A stretch of DNA of 64,000 bases from an uncultured Pseudomonadota bacterium (GTDB lineage Bacteria; Oederibacteriota; Muellerivitia; Muellerivitales; Muellerivitaceae): positions 480,001 through 544,000 of the forward strand of contig CAWIIP010000002.1 in assembly GCA_963836235.1 (NCBI GenBank). The letters are read 5' to 3'. The notes beneath the pieces were generated by a model that worked only from the letters and a program-made list of their open reading frames with translations, did not search any database and was not told the DNA's origin. The position numbers and the translations under genes are program-made. How positions within the stretch are numbered: position 1 is the stretch's first letter; each line of letters starts with the position of its first letter. This document shows positions 49,698 through 58,767 of this stretch, piece after piece.

Positions 49698-50742
49698 GAT
49701 AAGCTCGATCAAGGCCGGTATTTAAAAGGGCCTTCTTTATTTTAGACAATGGCAGTCCGGTGGCTTCATAAACTTGTTCCATCGTTTCAGCCGCAACCCG
49801 CCGGGCCTTGCGGGCCCCATCAACGAGGACATCTTCCACCTGACCCGGCTTTTCCTCCAGCTTTTTCCGTCTTTCACGTATTTCACCGCCAAAAACTTCT
49901 TCTAATTTGGCGATCAATAGTTTTTTGGCGTCCCCATAACCCATTCCCCCTTGCCGAAACCCCTTTTCCATTTGAATGGTTTCCTCAGGTTTGGCCATCA
50001 ACCGGTATAAAAGAAAGATGACATTTTGTTCTGGGTCTTTGGCTTCATTCACCCCTTTGGAATCGGTCACGATACTCATCACCTTTTTCTTTATTTCCGA
50101 CGGTTCGCCGAAAATGGGAATCACGCTGGCCTCATCGCTCTTGCTCATCTTGCCGCCGGTCAGTCCCACAACTTTGGGAGCCTCGCTCAAAACTCCCTCG
50201 GGCAGTTTGAAAACTTCTTTTTTAAAAGCGTGATTAAAGTAACCCGCCATATCCCGGCACATTTCAATATGCTGGATTTGGTCTTGACCCACCGGCACCC
50301 TATCACTTTGATAAATTAGAATATCCGCGGCCATCAAAGCGGGATAAAAAAACAAACCCAGATTGGGGGAAATTCCTTTGGCCACCTTATCTTTATAAGA
50401 ATGGGCCCTCTCCATAAGACCCATCCCCGTGACTGTGCTTAAGAGCCAAGCCAATTCAGTGACTTCTGGTACATCGCTTTGTCGAAAAAGAAATGCCTTC
50501 ATAGGGTCCAGCCCCATGGCCAAATAGTCAGCCGCCGCCATAAAGGTGAATTGGTTGAGTTGTTTCGGGTCCTGGACAGTAGTTAGGGAATGGTAGTTGG
50601 CGATAAAATAAAAACATTCTCCTTTATCCTGTAGCTGGATATGGTTGTGAATGGCCCCGAAATAATTGCCCAGGTGTAGGCGGCCACTAGATTGGACGCC
50701 TGAAAGGTAACGGGTTTTTTTTTGGATTGGTTCTTGTGACAA
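49690..50742 (-). CDS. trpS: Tryptophan-tRNA ligase
   Basis: SGVQSSGRLHLGNY (HIGH), YPALMAADIL, VPVGQDQ, KMSKS; start TTG 50742 after GAGGA. Confidence 0.95.
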   Translation of the reverse strand: MSQEPIQKKTRYLSGVQSSGRLHLGNYFGAIHNHIQLQDKGECFYFIANYHSLTTVQDPKQLNQFTFMAAADYLAMGLDPMKAFLFRQSDVPEVTELAWLLSTVTGMGLMERAHSYKDKVAKGISPNLGLFFYPALMAADILIYQSDRVPVGQDQIQHIEMCRDMAGYFNHAFKKEVFKLPEGVLSEAPKVVGLTGGKMSKSDEASVIPIFGEPSEIKKKVMSIVTDSKGVNEAKDPEQNVIFLLYRLMAKPEETIQMEKGFRQGGMGYGDAKKLLIAKLEEVFGGEIRERRKKLEEKPGQVEDVLVDGARKARRVAAETMEQVYEATGLPLSKIKKALLNTGLDRAYHD

Positions 50743-50773
50743 GAAAATCCTCAGTTTTAAAAATTTAAAGTCC

Positions 50774-51370
50774 TCATAAATATTGAAGCAAAAAAAAGAC
50801 CGCGAAGAGAATAATAACGCCATAACGGTCTAATCGGGAAACTTGATAAGACCATTTGGGCGGCAGAATAGATTTCAATATCCAAGAGCCATCCAGGGGA
50901 TAAATGGGAATCAAGTTAAACAAAGCTAGGGCCGCGTTCATATAAATAAAAAATTGAACGAGGTTACCAATGGTCATGAATGTAGCCTCATCCCCAAAAG
51001 AGGAAAAGGTCCCCAATAAAACCAAAAGGCCAAAGGATAGCAGCGCCAACAGTACATTCATTGCGGGCCCGGCCAATGCCACCAAGGCCCCATCCCGCCT
51101 TGGTTTGCTTAAATTTTCAACCGTTACTGGCACAGGCTTTGCCCATCCAAACAAGAAAAGTCCGGGATAAAGGAACATCATGAGGGGAAATAGGATGGTT
51201 CCAATAGGGTCCACGTGGGCCCTCGGATCAATGGTCATACGGCCGAGCATTTTAGCGGTGGGATCACCCAGCCGATAGGCGGCATAAGCGTGGCCGAACT
51301 CATGAAGGCATAGTGAAAAAACAAGGACACCGAGTTTCATGAGGGCATCCAGAATTCGAGCTTCGTCCAT
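50774..51370 (-). CDS. Site-2 protease (M50)
   Basis: HEFGH, GWAKPVP, AGPAMN, FNLIPIYPLDG. Confidence 0.92.
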   Translation of the reverse strand: MDEARILDALMKLGVLVFSLCLHEFGHAYAAYRLGDPTAKMLGRMTIDPRAHVDPIGTILFPLMMFLYPGLFLFGWAKPVPVTVENLSKPRRDGALVALAGPAMNVLLALLSFGLLVLLGTFSSFGDEATFMTIGNLVQFFIYMNAALALFNLIPIYPLDGSWILKSILPPKWSYQVSRLDRYGVIILFAVFFLLQYL

Positions 51371-51512
51371 TTTCCATCCATTTTGAATGCGGGGTTAAAA
51401 GCCGGACAACTTTAACGGATTAATTGATTGTAAAAAACAAAATAATTTCGTGTTGTCGGCCACCTAAATTTAAATTCTAACCGGATATGGGCCACGGCCC
51501 GGTTTTCCCGTA

Positions 51513-52790
51513 TCAGGAAACAAAAGATTTTTTGACCCAATCTAAAGCCTCTTTGCGCGTTTTGAACTTTTCATCCAATTGCCCATTCAAAGCTTCCAAC
51601 AAAATGAAGGTGTAACGGAAACCCGGAGGGATTCCCATGGCTTGAAGATCGCGGCCACGTATCCAGGGTACGGATTTTTGAATCTTCGTGAAATAATGTT
51701 CCATTTTTTTACGCAAACCATTGGAAGCGGCGGCCATAACGAAACACTGAACCTCGGCTTTTAAAGGACAAAGAAGTTTGTACATCCGGCTGACCGTCAT
51801 CTCCGGTTTGTCCAATTCTTTCAACAAGGTCGGAAAGACTTTGGCGGATTGGGAAACGATCTTTTGTTCGGACCGGGAAAGCGTCAACCTTTTGGTAAGG
51901 CTAGCTGTGACTTTTTCGTCCACTGGTTTTAAAAGGGCCTGGAACCAAACCATTTTTTCATCTTCCAATCCGATCTTGTTCTTTTCAAAAAAAGAGATAC
52001 TTTCAGCGATATTCGGAAGTATCTTTTTGGACGCCGGTAAAACGCTAAGAGAGGGATGGATATGAGGCAGAACGCCCAATTCATCCAGCCGCCAAACCGC
52101 TCCTTCCGGATGCGCTTCTTGGAAGATAAGTCGTAACTCGTTTCGAAGCCTTTCGCCCGATACCCGCTGAATATAATCACCCTTGACCGCTTCTAGCAGC
52201 CATCTCTGGGTCTTTTCCTCAATCTTTTTTTTGAACCGTTGTTCGAACCGAACCGCCCGGAAAATGCGGGTTGGATCATCTATGAAGCTTTTTTCGTGCA
52301 ACGCCCGGATCCTTCCCTTTTTCAAATCTTCAAGCCCTTCGAACGGATCCAACAATCTCAGGAAATAGCCCGGGGAAAGGCTTAAGGCCATGGCATTGAT
52401 GGTGAAATCTCGGCGGTAAAGATCCTGGACGATTCCACCCTTTTTCACTGAGGGGAGGGCGCCTGGATGATCGTAGCTTTCAGTACGGGCTGTAGTCACG
52501 TCCACTTTCCCGAAACCCGGCACAATCACAATGGAGGTACCAAAACGGGTAAAAGCTTCCACTTCCGATCCGGTCATTTTCGCAAGTTTTTCGGCGAAAG
52601 TTATTCCATCCCCTTCCACAGTAATGTCGATATCCACACCCGGGTGTTTCAAGACTAGATCCCGGACAAACCCACCTACGGCATAGGCGGCTTCACCCCG
52701 TTCATCGGCTAAATGGCCAATTTTTTTGAGGAGACCGATTGTTTTCGACGGAACTTTAAACCTAACGTTTTTCATAAATGCCTTTCTCAA
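51513..52790 (-). CDS. tRNA nucleotidyltransferase (CCA/A-adding class II)
   Basis: VGGFVRD, DIDI, DLYRRDFTINAMA, DDPTRIFRAVRF. Confidence 0.9.
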   Translation of the reverse strand: MRKAFMKNVRFKVPSKTIGLLKKIGHLADERGEAAYAVGGFVRDLVLKHPGVDIDITVEGDGITFAEKLAKMTGSEVEAFTRFGTSIVIVPGFGKVDVTTARTESYDHPGALPSVKKGGIVQDLYRRDFTINAMALSLSPGYFLRLLDPFEGLEDLKKGRIRALHEKSFIDDPTRIFRAVRFEQRFKKKIEEKTQRWLLEAVKGDYIQRVSGERLRNELRLIFQEAHPEGAVWRLDELGVLPHIHPSLSVLPASKKILPNIAESISFFEKNKIGLEDEKMVWFQALLKPVDEKVTASLTKRLTLSRSEQKIVSQSAKVFPTLLKELDKPEMTVSRMYKLLCPLKAEVQCFVMAAASNGLRKKMEHYFTKIQKSVPWIRGRDLQAMGIPPGFRYTFILLEALNGQLDEKFKTRKEALDWVKKSFVS

Positions 52791-53188
52791 ACATTAAAGT
52801 ACTCCTCTACCGAAAAAGCATTCTCAAAATGACGAATTTTCGCCAGTCCCAGCCAGCTTTTATCAGGCCCTATCGTAACCACGTCAAAACGACAGGATAG
52901 TGTTGGATTGGGATGTTGGCCCAAATAAACCGCAGCCGCCGCGGATAAGCGCCTTACCTTATGGATTGAAACCGCCTCCAAGGGCGTACCTTGGGCTTGG
53001 CCCCTTCGGCTTTTGACTTCCACGAAAACCAATGTTTCACTCTTACGGACAATCAAATCGATTTCCCCTTGGGGGACTCGAAAATTCTTCTCGAGTACTT
53101 TGTAACCCCTCAATCTTAAAAAAGCAGCGGCCATTTCTTCCGCCTTCTTTCCCCTTTGATGGGTGCTTACTTTTTTTGGCTGTCCCAT
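52787..53188 (-). CDS. yraN: YraN family (UPF0102) protein
   Basis: GEIDLI...LVFVEVKSR, RFDVV. Confidence 0.9.
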   Translation of the reverse strand: MGQPKKVSTHQRGKKAEEMAAAFLRLRGYKVLEKNFRVPQGEIDLIVRKSETLVFVEVKSRRGQAQGTPLEAVSIHKVRRLSAAAAVYLGQHPNPTLSCRFDVVTIGPDKSWLGLAKIRHFENAFSVEEYFNV

Positions 53189-54183
53189 TCATTCCTCTTG
53201 GCTCGGAATAAATCCCGGAGAACTTCCAATTCCGATTCCTTCAGATGGGAAAGGGCCACTCGTTTGATTTGAACCCCAGCTTGTTGCAGCTCCCTCAAGT
53301 TTTTAGAACGATTCAATTTTTCCTTCCAGTAGCACAAAGGTCCCCCGGGCGACTTTTGGGCGAGGGTCTCCATGACAGGACCAAAACTCAACCGATGTTC
53401 GGGACAAATACCATGAACTCCCAAAGCCTTTAGGTGTTCCTCCGTCCCGTATCCCTTATGACTTTCAAAACCATAAGCGGGGTATTGCTGATGAAGCTGT
53501 CCCATGAGCCGGTCCCGGGTAACTTTCGCTATAATCGAAGCCGCAGCGATGGTTGCGGACAAGGCATCCCCATGAATCAGGGGCTTTTGGGTGATGGAAG
53601 AAAAGCGTGGAAGAGGCATAGCGTCCGTCAGCAAATAATCTGGTTTTTGGCTTAAGGCTTCGATGGCCCGTTCCATGGCTAATTGGGCAGCCCGATAAAT
53701 ATTCAGCTCGTCGATTTCGGTAACGCTGGCCTGGCCCACTCCAACCCCAACAGCCAATTGTTGTATCCGAGCAAAAAGTTCTTCCCGCTTGAGAGCCGTC
53801 AACTTTTTGGAGTCATCCACACCCGTCAATGCAACGCCAGGAGACAGGATGACCGCTGCGGCCACCACCGGTCCCGCCAGTGGTCCACGGCCCGCTTCAT
53901 CAACTCCGGCAATAAGCTGAAAACCCTTTTCTTCAGCTAATTTTTCATATTTCCAAAGTTCCTGAAGTCTTTTAATTTCCCGTGTGTCTTTGGTGACCCT
54001 TTTCTCGAATTTTTCAAGGAGTCGAAAGGCGCCAGTCCGGGTGTCATCCTTCAATCGAAGCCTCAAAAACTCCAAGGCTTCGGAGGCTGATCCATGTCTT
54101 AAGGCTTCGGCTTCAATGTCCGGTAGTGGGGCTAGACTGGGCACTCGGCGTACCGCTTTCTGAAGCATCTTCATCCTCGTCAA
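53167..54183 (-). CDS. rnhB: Ribonuclease HII with N- and C-terminal extensions (start uncertain)
   Basis: GVDEAGRGPLAGPV, DSKKL, IAAASIIAKVTRD, HKGYGT. Confidence 0.93.
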   Translation of the reverse strand: MTRMKMLQKAVRRVPSLAPLPDIEAEALRHGSASEALEFLRLRLKDDTRTGAFRLLEKFEKRVTKDTREIKRLQELWKYEKLAEEKGFQLIAGVDEAGRGPLAGPVVAAAVILSPGVALTGVDDSKKLTALKREELFARIQQLAVGVGVGQASVTEIDELNIYRAAQLAMERAIEALSQKPDYLLTDAMPLPRFSSITQKPLIHGDALSATIAAASIIAKVTRDRLMGQLHQQYPAYGFESHKGYGTEEHLKALGVHGICPEHRLSFGPVMETLAQKSPGGPLCYWKEKLNRSKNLRELQQAGVQIKRVALSHLKESELEVLRDLFRAKRNEWDSQKK

Positions 54184-55873
54184 CTTCTTGTGGGGTTGGG
54201 TTCTTCACGGGGACTTTTGAAACCGTCGCTTTAGCGGCAGGCCCCGGCGTCGGCGTTGTTATGATATCGGCGGTTTCGTTTGCCTTTGGTTCCGAAGCTA
54301 ATAAAGTCACTGGCGCCGCTTCAGCCAGCACCTTATCGATTGAAACGAGGAATGCCTTTAGCAGAACGGGATATTCTTTCTTCTCACTTTTTTTCTCCTG
54401 CAACAAAACCGTTACCGCCTTGAGTTCCGAGGAGGCGACATTCCCGATTTCCCACTCTAAATTGTCGCCTTTCATTTTCCAAAAACCTGTGATGCCCGTG
54501 GCTACTTTGGAGGAATTTCCTCCGCTTTGAGGTGTTCCCGACAAAGAAGGGCCTGAACCAGATTTGTCGGAACCAGTCGTGGTCACTCCCGATTGAACTG
54601 TATTGGTAGGGCCAACAGTAGCTATAGCCGCTGTCGGTATTGCACCGCCTGAACTGGTTGTCAAAGCAGTCCCACTCGGCGTGGGTGTGGCTTTTGGCTG
54701 ATAAGCCTCAAATCCTTTGGGAATCGCCAAATCATAGGTCATCAGGGGAGAAGCTTTCGGGCTTTGGTTCATTAAAGTATAAGTTACAGTCCAATAAGGG
54801 TTTGCCTTGGAAGCCTGTTTGGCCACATTGCCTTTGAAAAGGAACGAAAACTTGGTCATTTCCCCGTTCGGTTGGAATTTCAGTATTGTTCCGTTTGTTC
54901 CGACGATAAAACCCAAGTCCTTATAAAATGCGATGGAGTTAAGGGAAGGTTTTCCTTCGGGTTTTTGATGTGAAATCCATCGGCTTCCATCGTAATAAAT
55001 CAACGTTCCGTCCTGGCCGGTTGCCCAACCATCGTCATCGCTTTTCATGAAAATTTGGTAGAGATCAAAACCGGAAAAAGCGCTTGTTATTTTACTCCAG
55101 GCCGTCCCATTAAAACGAAGAATGGTCCCATAGGCACCTACTATCCATGCCTGCACAGAGTTGATGACCGACACGGAATTGAGTCGTTCGGTTGAGGGAC
55201 TTGCGGCATAAGTCGTCCATTTCTGGCCGTCATAGCGCAGAATGAGCCCCAAGTTACCGACTGCCCAACCGTTGTTTTGGTCAGCCATGCCAATGCTGTA
55301 AATATCGCTGGTGACCGTGGCGGCGGCCCCGGCAGCGGAGGAAACCGCACCAATGGCGCCCCAAGAAAGACCGTTATAAGTGAGAATGACGCCATTAGAG
55401 CCAACAACCCAAGCGGTATGAGCCGCGGTAACGATAATGTCATATAGTGTCTCCTCAGTGGGGGAGGTATCCAAACTCCAGCTTCCATTTAGATAATGGA
55501 GAATCACCCCGTGAGTTCCAACAATCCAGCCTTCCGTTTCATTGGCGAAAGCCAATGCCATCAGGTTTTCATTTTGAGCCAAACTCGTATTCACTTTTTC
55601 CCAGGTATCACCATCATACTTTAAGACAACACCATTATTTCCGCAGGCCCAGCCCACCTTCTTATTCAAGAGGAAAACCCCATTTAAAGAGTCGGTCAGG
55701 GTAAAAGTGACTGGAAAAGAAGTCCAATAAATCACATCCGAATCAGTAGTAGTGGACGAATCAGCCTGGGAAGCTTTGGCAGGGGTAAGAGGCGTTACCG
55801 CTCCGCTACCGGTACAACTGGCCTCAAAACTAGCGGTTAAAAGGAGGGCAAAGACAATAAATATTTTTTTCAT
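54113..55873 (-). CDS. Lipoprotein with YCF48-like beta-propeller
   Basis: Lipobox EASC; repeated GWxVGxxGxILxYDGxxW blades. Confidence 0.8.
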   Translation of the reverse strand: MKKIFIVFALLLTASFEASCTGSGAVTPLTPAKASQADSSTTTDSDVIYWTSFPVTFTLTDSLNGVFLLNKKVGWACGNNGVVLKYDGDTWEKVNTSLAQNENLMALAFANETEGWIVGTHGVILHYLNGSWSLDTSPTEETLYDIIVTAAHTAWVVGSNGVILTYNGLSWGAIGAVSSAAGAAATVTSDIYSIGMADQNNGWAVGNLGLILRYDGQKWTTYAASPSTERLNSVSVINSVQAWIVGAYGTILRFNGTAWSKITSAFSGFDLYQIFMKSDDDGWATGQDGTLIYYDGSRWISHQKPEGKPSLNSIAFYKDLGFIVGTNGTILKFQPNGEMTKFSFLFKGNVAKQASKANPYWTVTYTLMNQSPKASPLMTYDLAIPKGFEAYQPKATPTPSGTALTTSSGGAIPTAAIATVGPTNTVQSGVTTTGSDKSGSGPSLSGTPQSGGNSSKVATGITGFWKMKGDNLEWEIGNVASSELKAVTVLLQEKKSEKKEYPVLLKAFLVSIDKVLAEAAPVTLLASEPKANETADIITTPTPGPAAKATVSKVPVKNPTPQEVDEDEDASESGTPSAQSSPTTGH

Positions 55874-55925
55874 GCCCGTATCCTACCTATGAAATGAAGG
55901 GGGTGCAAGGTGGCCCTCTGGAAAT

Positions 55926-55956
55926 AAAAAAACCGCTCCGGAAGCCCGAAGCGGTT
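55926..55956 (-). terminator. Intrinsic terminator after rplS
   Basis: AACCGCTTCGG GCTT CCGGAGCGGTTTTTTT. Confidence 0.75.
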
Positions 55957-55981
55957 GATGAGACACCTTCAAATAGGCCTA

Positions 55982-56452
55982 TTAAGCTTTTTCACCCTTG
56001 GACTCGGAAGCCGTCGGGACAGCAGTCTCAACCGGAGTCGAAGCGGATTCAACATTAGCGGCCGAAACCGTCTCAGCAACGCCTTCACTGGGAACCTGCA
56101 GTGCTCTTTTACTTTCCTGAATCCTCGCGTCTTTCTTGTTGAGCTTGCCACGTAAGTAGAACAGTTTCGCGCGGCGAACCTTTCCGGAACGAGTACTCTT
56201 GACCTCTTTAATCATGGGTGATTGATAATAAAATGTTTTTTCGACGCCAACCCCATAGGAAATTTTCCGGACAGTGAACTTCATTTTGCCGCAAGCGCCT
56301 TGAATCCCGGTGACGACGCCTTCGTAAATCTGGATACGTTCTTTTTCGCCTTCTTTGATTCTGACGGAGACTTTCACCGTATCGCCCACTTTAAAAGGGA
56401 CATTTTTCCGGATGATTTGGCTTTCTTCAATTTTTCGAATCGTCGCGTTCAT
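55982..56452 (-). CDS. rplS: 50S ribosomal protein L19 with acidic/Ala-rich tail
   Basis: GDTVKV...EGEKERIQIYEG, VRKISYGVGVE, GKVRRAKLFYLR. Confidence 0.97.
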   Translation of the reverse strand: MNATIRKIEESQIIRKNVPFKVGDTVKVSVRIKEGEKERIQIYEGVVTGIQGACGKMKFTVRKISYGVGVEKTFYYQSPMIKEVKSTRSGKVRRAKLFYLRGKLNKKDARIQESKRALQVPSEGVAETVSAANVESASTPVETAVPTASESKGEKA

Positions 56453-56495
56453 GACTTTAACTACTCCTTCTCTCTAATCTCCAAGGAACCTTGGA

Positions 56496-57245
56496 TTACT
56501 CACCTGCTTCAATCTCTTTTTGGGCTTCCATTAAAAGCTTTTGGTCTTCCTCGGTTAAGTGAACCCGGTCCAACAGATCGGGTCTTTTCGCCAAGGTGTT
56601 CTTCAGCGATTCCTTTTTTCTCCAACGCTCAATCCGGGCATGGTTGCCTGATAACAGAACCTCCGGCACACCCATTCCCCTAAAGAAGCGGGGACGAGTA
56701 TAGTGCGGATAATCCAATAATCCATTAAAAAAGCTGTCCTTTTCCACCGATTCCCGTTGCCCCACTACACCCGGTAGGAACCGGACCAGAGCATCCACTA
56801 TCACGGCGGCGGCGGGTTCCCCACCCGTCATAACAAAATCCCCCAGGCTCACTTCCCCGTCGATGGATTTCATGGCCCTTTCATCCAAACCTTCATAATG
56901 CCCGCAAACCAGGAGAAGATTCTTCTCCCGGGAAAGCTCCAATACCATCGCGTGGTCTAATCGCTTTCCTTGGGGGGACATTAAAAGAGTCTTCACTTTT
57001 TTACGGCCTTTTTTTAGGGCCGCCAAGGCCTTCGCCAACGGTTCGGGCTTCAGGACCATTCCCGCCCCGCCCCCGTAAGGAACATCATCCGCCATATGAT
57101 GTTTGTCCGTCGCGAATTTCCTTAAATCATGTAGACGGATATCAATTGCTTTTTTGGCCAGGGCCCTCTTCACCATGCTGACCGTGAAGGGTCCCTGAAA
57201 GTAATCGGGAAAAAGGGTTAGGATGTCAATCCGCGGTGTCCGCAT
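56496..57245 (-). CDS. trmD: tRNA (guanine37-N1)-methyltransferase
   Basis: LTLFP, PYGGGAGMV, CGHYEGLDER, SLGDFVMTGGE, YPHYTRP. Confidence 0.97.
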   Translation of the reverse strand: MRTPRIDILTLFPDYFQGPFTVSMVKRALAKKAIDIRLHDLRKFATDKHHMADDVPYGGGAGMVLKPEPLAKALAALKKGRKKVKTLLMSPQGKRLDHAMVLELSREKNLLLVCGHYEGLDERAMKSIDGEVSLGDFVMTGGEPAAAVIVDALVRFLPGVVGQRESVEKDSFFNGLLDYPHYTRPRFFRGMGVPEVLLSGNHARIERWRKKESLKNTLAKRPDLLDRVHLTEEDQKLLMEAQKEIEAGE

Positions 57246-57786
57246 CGATCTCTTCCGGCAGGTCAACAACCATCCGCCGGCCTTTCAAATCCACTTCTCG
57301 AATAACGGATTTTAAGACTGGAATAAGAAGTTCTTTTTCCCCGTTCCGAATTACGCAAACTCCGTTAGCCAAGTTCTCCATAATTTCAGCGATTTGACCC
57401 AGCGACTCACCTTTGTCATTGACTACCGTCATTCCTATCAAGTCATCTAAATAATAATTATCCGGCGGCAGTTCCGGTTTTTCTCCGGATAGAATCGCCA
57501 ATTGCGTACCCCGTAAAGCTTCCGCTTCCTCGATACCAACCACTTCTTTGAGGCGAACTACCGCATCTCCATCCGGGTGCTGGAACGAACGAATAATTGT
57601 AACTTTTTTTAACTCTTTCCCGTCTTTTACCAGTCTTAAATTCGCGCAGGAAGCTAAACGATCCACTCCCGAACAAGACAAGGAAACTTTGACTTCACCC
57701 TTCAGTCCATGAGACCTCACGATAGTCGCCAGGACGATAAAGTCGTTCGACTGGTTTTCCGGTTTCGAACCTTCGGGGTTACTCAA
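57226..57786 (-). CDS. rimM: 16S rRNA processing protein RimM
   Basis: HGLKGEVKV, YYLDDLIG, ELLIP; conserved position in the operon. Confidence 0.93.
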   Translation of the reverse strand: MSNPEGSKPENQSNDFIVLATIVRSHGLKGEVKVSLSCSGVDRLASCANLRLVKDGKELKKVTIIRSFQHPDGDAVVRLKEVVGIEEAEALRGTQLAILSGEKPELPPDNYYLDDLIGMTVVNDKGESLGQIAEIMENLANGVCVIRNGEKELLIPVLKSVIREVDLKGRRMVVDLPEEIDADTAD

Positions 57787-58009
57787 CGACTTCGAGGGAA
57801 TACTTCAGTCCATGTTTGGCACAAGAAGCCGAAACTAAGGTACGAAGAGCCTTGATCGTGCGGCCTTGCTTTCCAATGATCTTACCGTAGTCTTCCTTGG
57901 AAACTCGAAGTTCCAATACGGTCAAATTGCCTTCCAATCTTTGTTGAATCGCCACATTCTCGGGCTTGTCTACCAGCGACTTAGCCACGTACTCAATGAG
58001 TTCTTTCAT
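57779..58009 (-). CDS. khpA: KH-domain RNA-binding protein
   Basis: LVDKPENV, DYGKIIGKQGRTIKALR; between rpsP and rimM. Confidence 0.9.
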   Translation of the reverse strand: MKELIEYVAKSLVDKPENVAIQQRLEGNLTVLELRVSKEDYGKIIGKQGRTIKALRTLVSASCAKHGLKYSLEVVE

Positions 58010-58047
58010 GTTGCCCTTCTTTCAAATCGATTATCCGTGGAGGGGTA

Positions 58048-58299
58048 TCAGACTTTTACTCCAGCTTTTTTCATGATCCCATGAACGGTATCAGAGGGAA
58101 TAGCCCCTTTTTTCACCCATTCAATGAATGATTCTTTTTTTAAGTTCAAAACTTGGTTTTCTTCCTTGGCTCGGGGATTGTAGGTTCCCAGATCCTCCAC
58201 CCGGCGTCCTTTGCCTGACATTGTGGAGTTCAATACCACAATCCGGTAACAGGCTTTTTTGTTGCTTCCCATACGCTTTAAACGAATCTTAACTGACAC
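58048..58299 (-). CDS. rpsP: 30S ribosomal protein S16
   Basis: VKIRLKRMG...YRIVV, LGTYNP, GAIPSDTV. Confidence 0.95.
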   Translation of the reverse strand: MSVKIRLKRMGSNKKACYRIVVLNSTMSGKGRRVEDLGTYNPRAKEENQVLNLKKESFIEWVKKGAIPSDTVHGIMKKAGVKV

Positions 58300-58395
58300 A
58301 AGTCCTCCTCAGGCGAACGTCAAAATGATGTTGATTAGGTTAACAGCGGGCTAGAAGCCCGGCCTTTTTTTCCCAAAGGGATAAAGGGAAGGTGG

Positions 58396-58424
58396 ATTTT
58401 AAAAATCCCCCCCGCCTTTGTCAA
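58396..58424 (-). promoter_or_regulatory. Sigma70 promoter of the rpsP operon
   Basis: TTGACA-17 bp-TAAAAT. Confidence 0.7.
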
Positions 58425-58566
58425 GGAAATAGGCCAAAATCAATGGAAAAACGCTATCTATCGAACGAAAGAAGGGAAAACCGACTCCAAGCCGTGTCTT
58501 TCCAAACCCATCTGTGACCTATCCCCTAAGCTCAATTTAAAATAGTTTATTATGACCCACAAAAAA

Positions 58567-58642
58567 TGGAGCTGGGGACCGGGATCGGACCGGCGACCTG
58601 CTGTTTACGAAACAGCTGCTCTACCAACTGAGCTACCCCAGC
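58567..58642 (-). tRNA. tRNA-Thr(CGT)
   Basis: GCTGGGGTAGCTCAGTTGGTAGAGCAGCTGTTTCGTAAACAGCAGGTCGCCGGTCCGATCCCGGTCCCCAGCTCCA; upstream TTGACG-17-TAAACT promoter (58668-58696). Confidence 0.92.
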
Positions 58643-58704
58643 GTTCCAGAAGTATGAGAGGAGGCAAAGTTTACTCATCGTCTTGTCTATCGTCAATCGT
58701 GAAT

Positions 58705-58740
58705 AAAAAAATCCCCGGGTTTCTTTTGAAATCCGGGGAT
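58705..58740 (-). terminator. Intrinsic terminator
   Basis: ATCCCCGGATTTC AAAA GAAACCCGGGGATTTTTT. Confidence 0.75.
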
Positions 58741-58767
58741 CAGGGTAAGTCAAACTCTTAAAATGGG

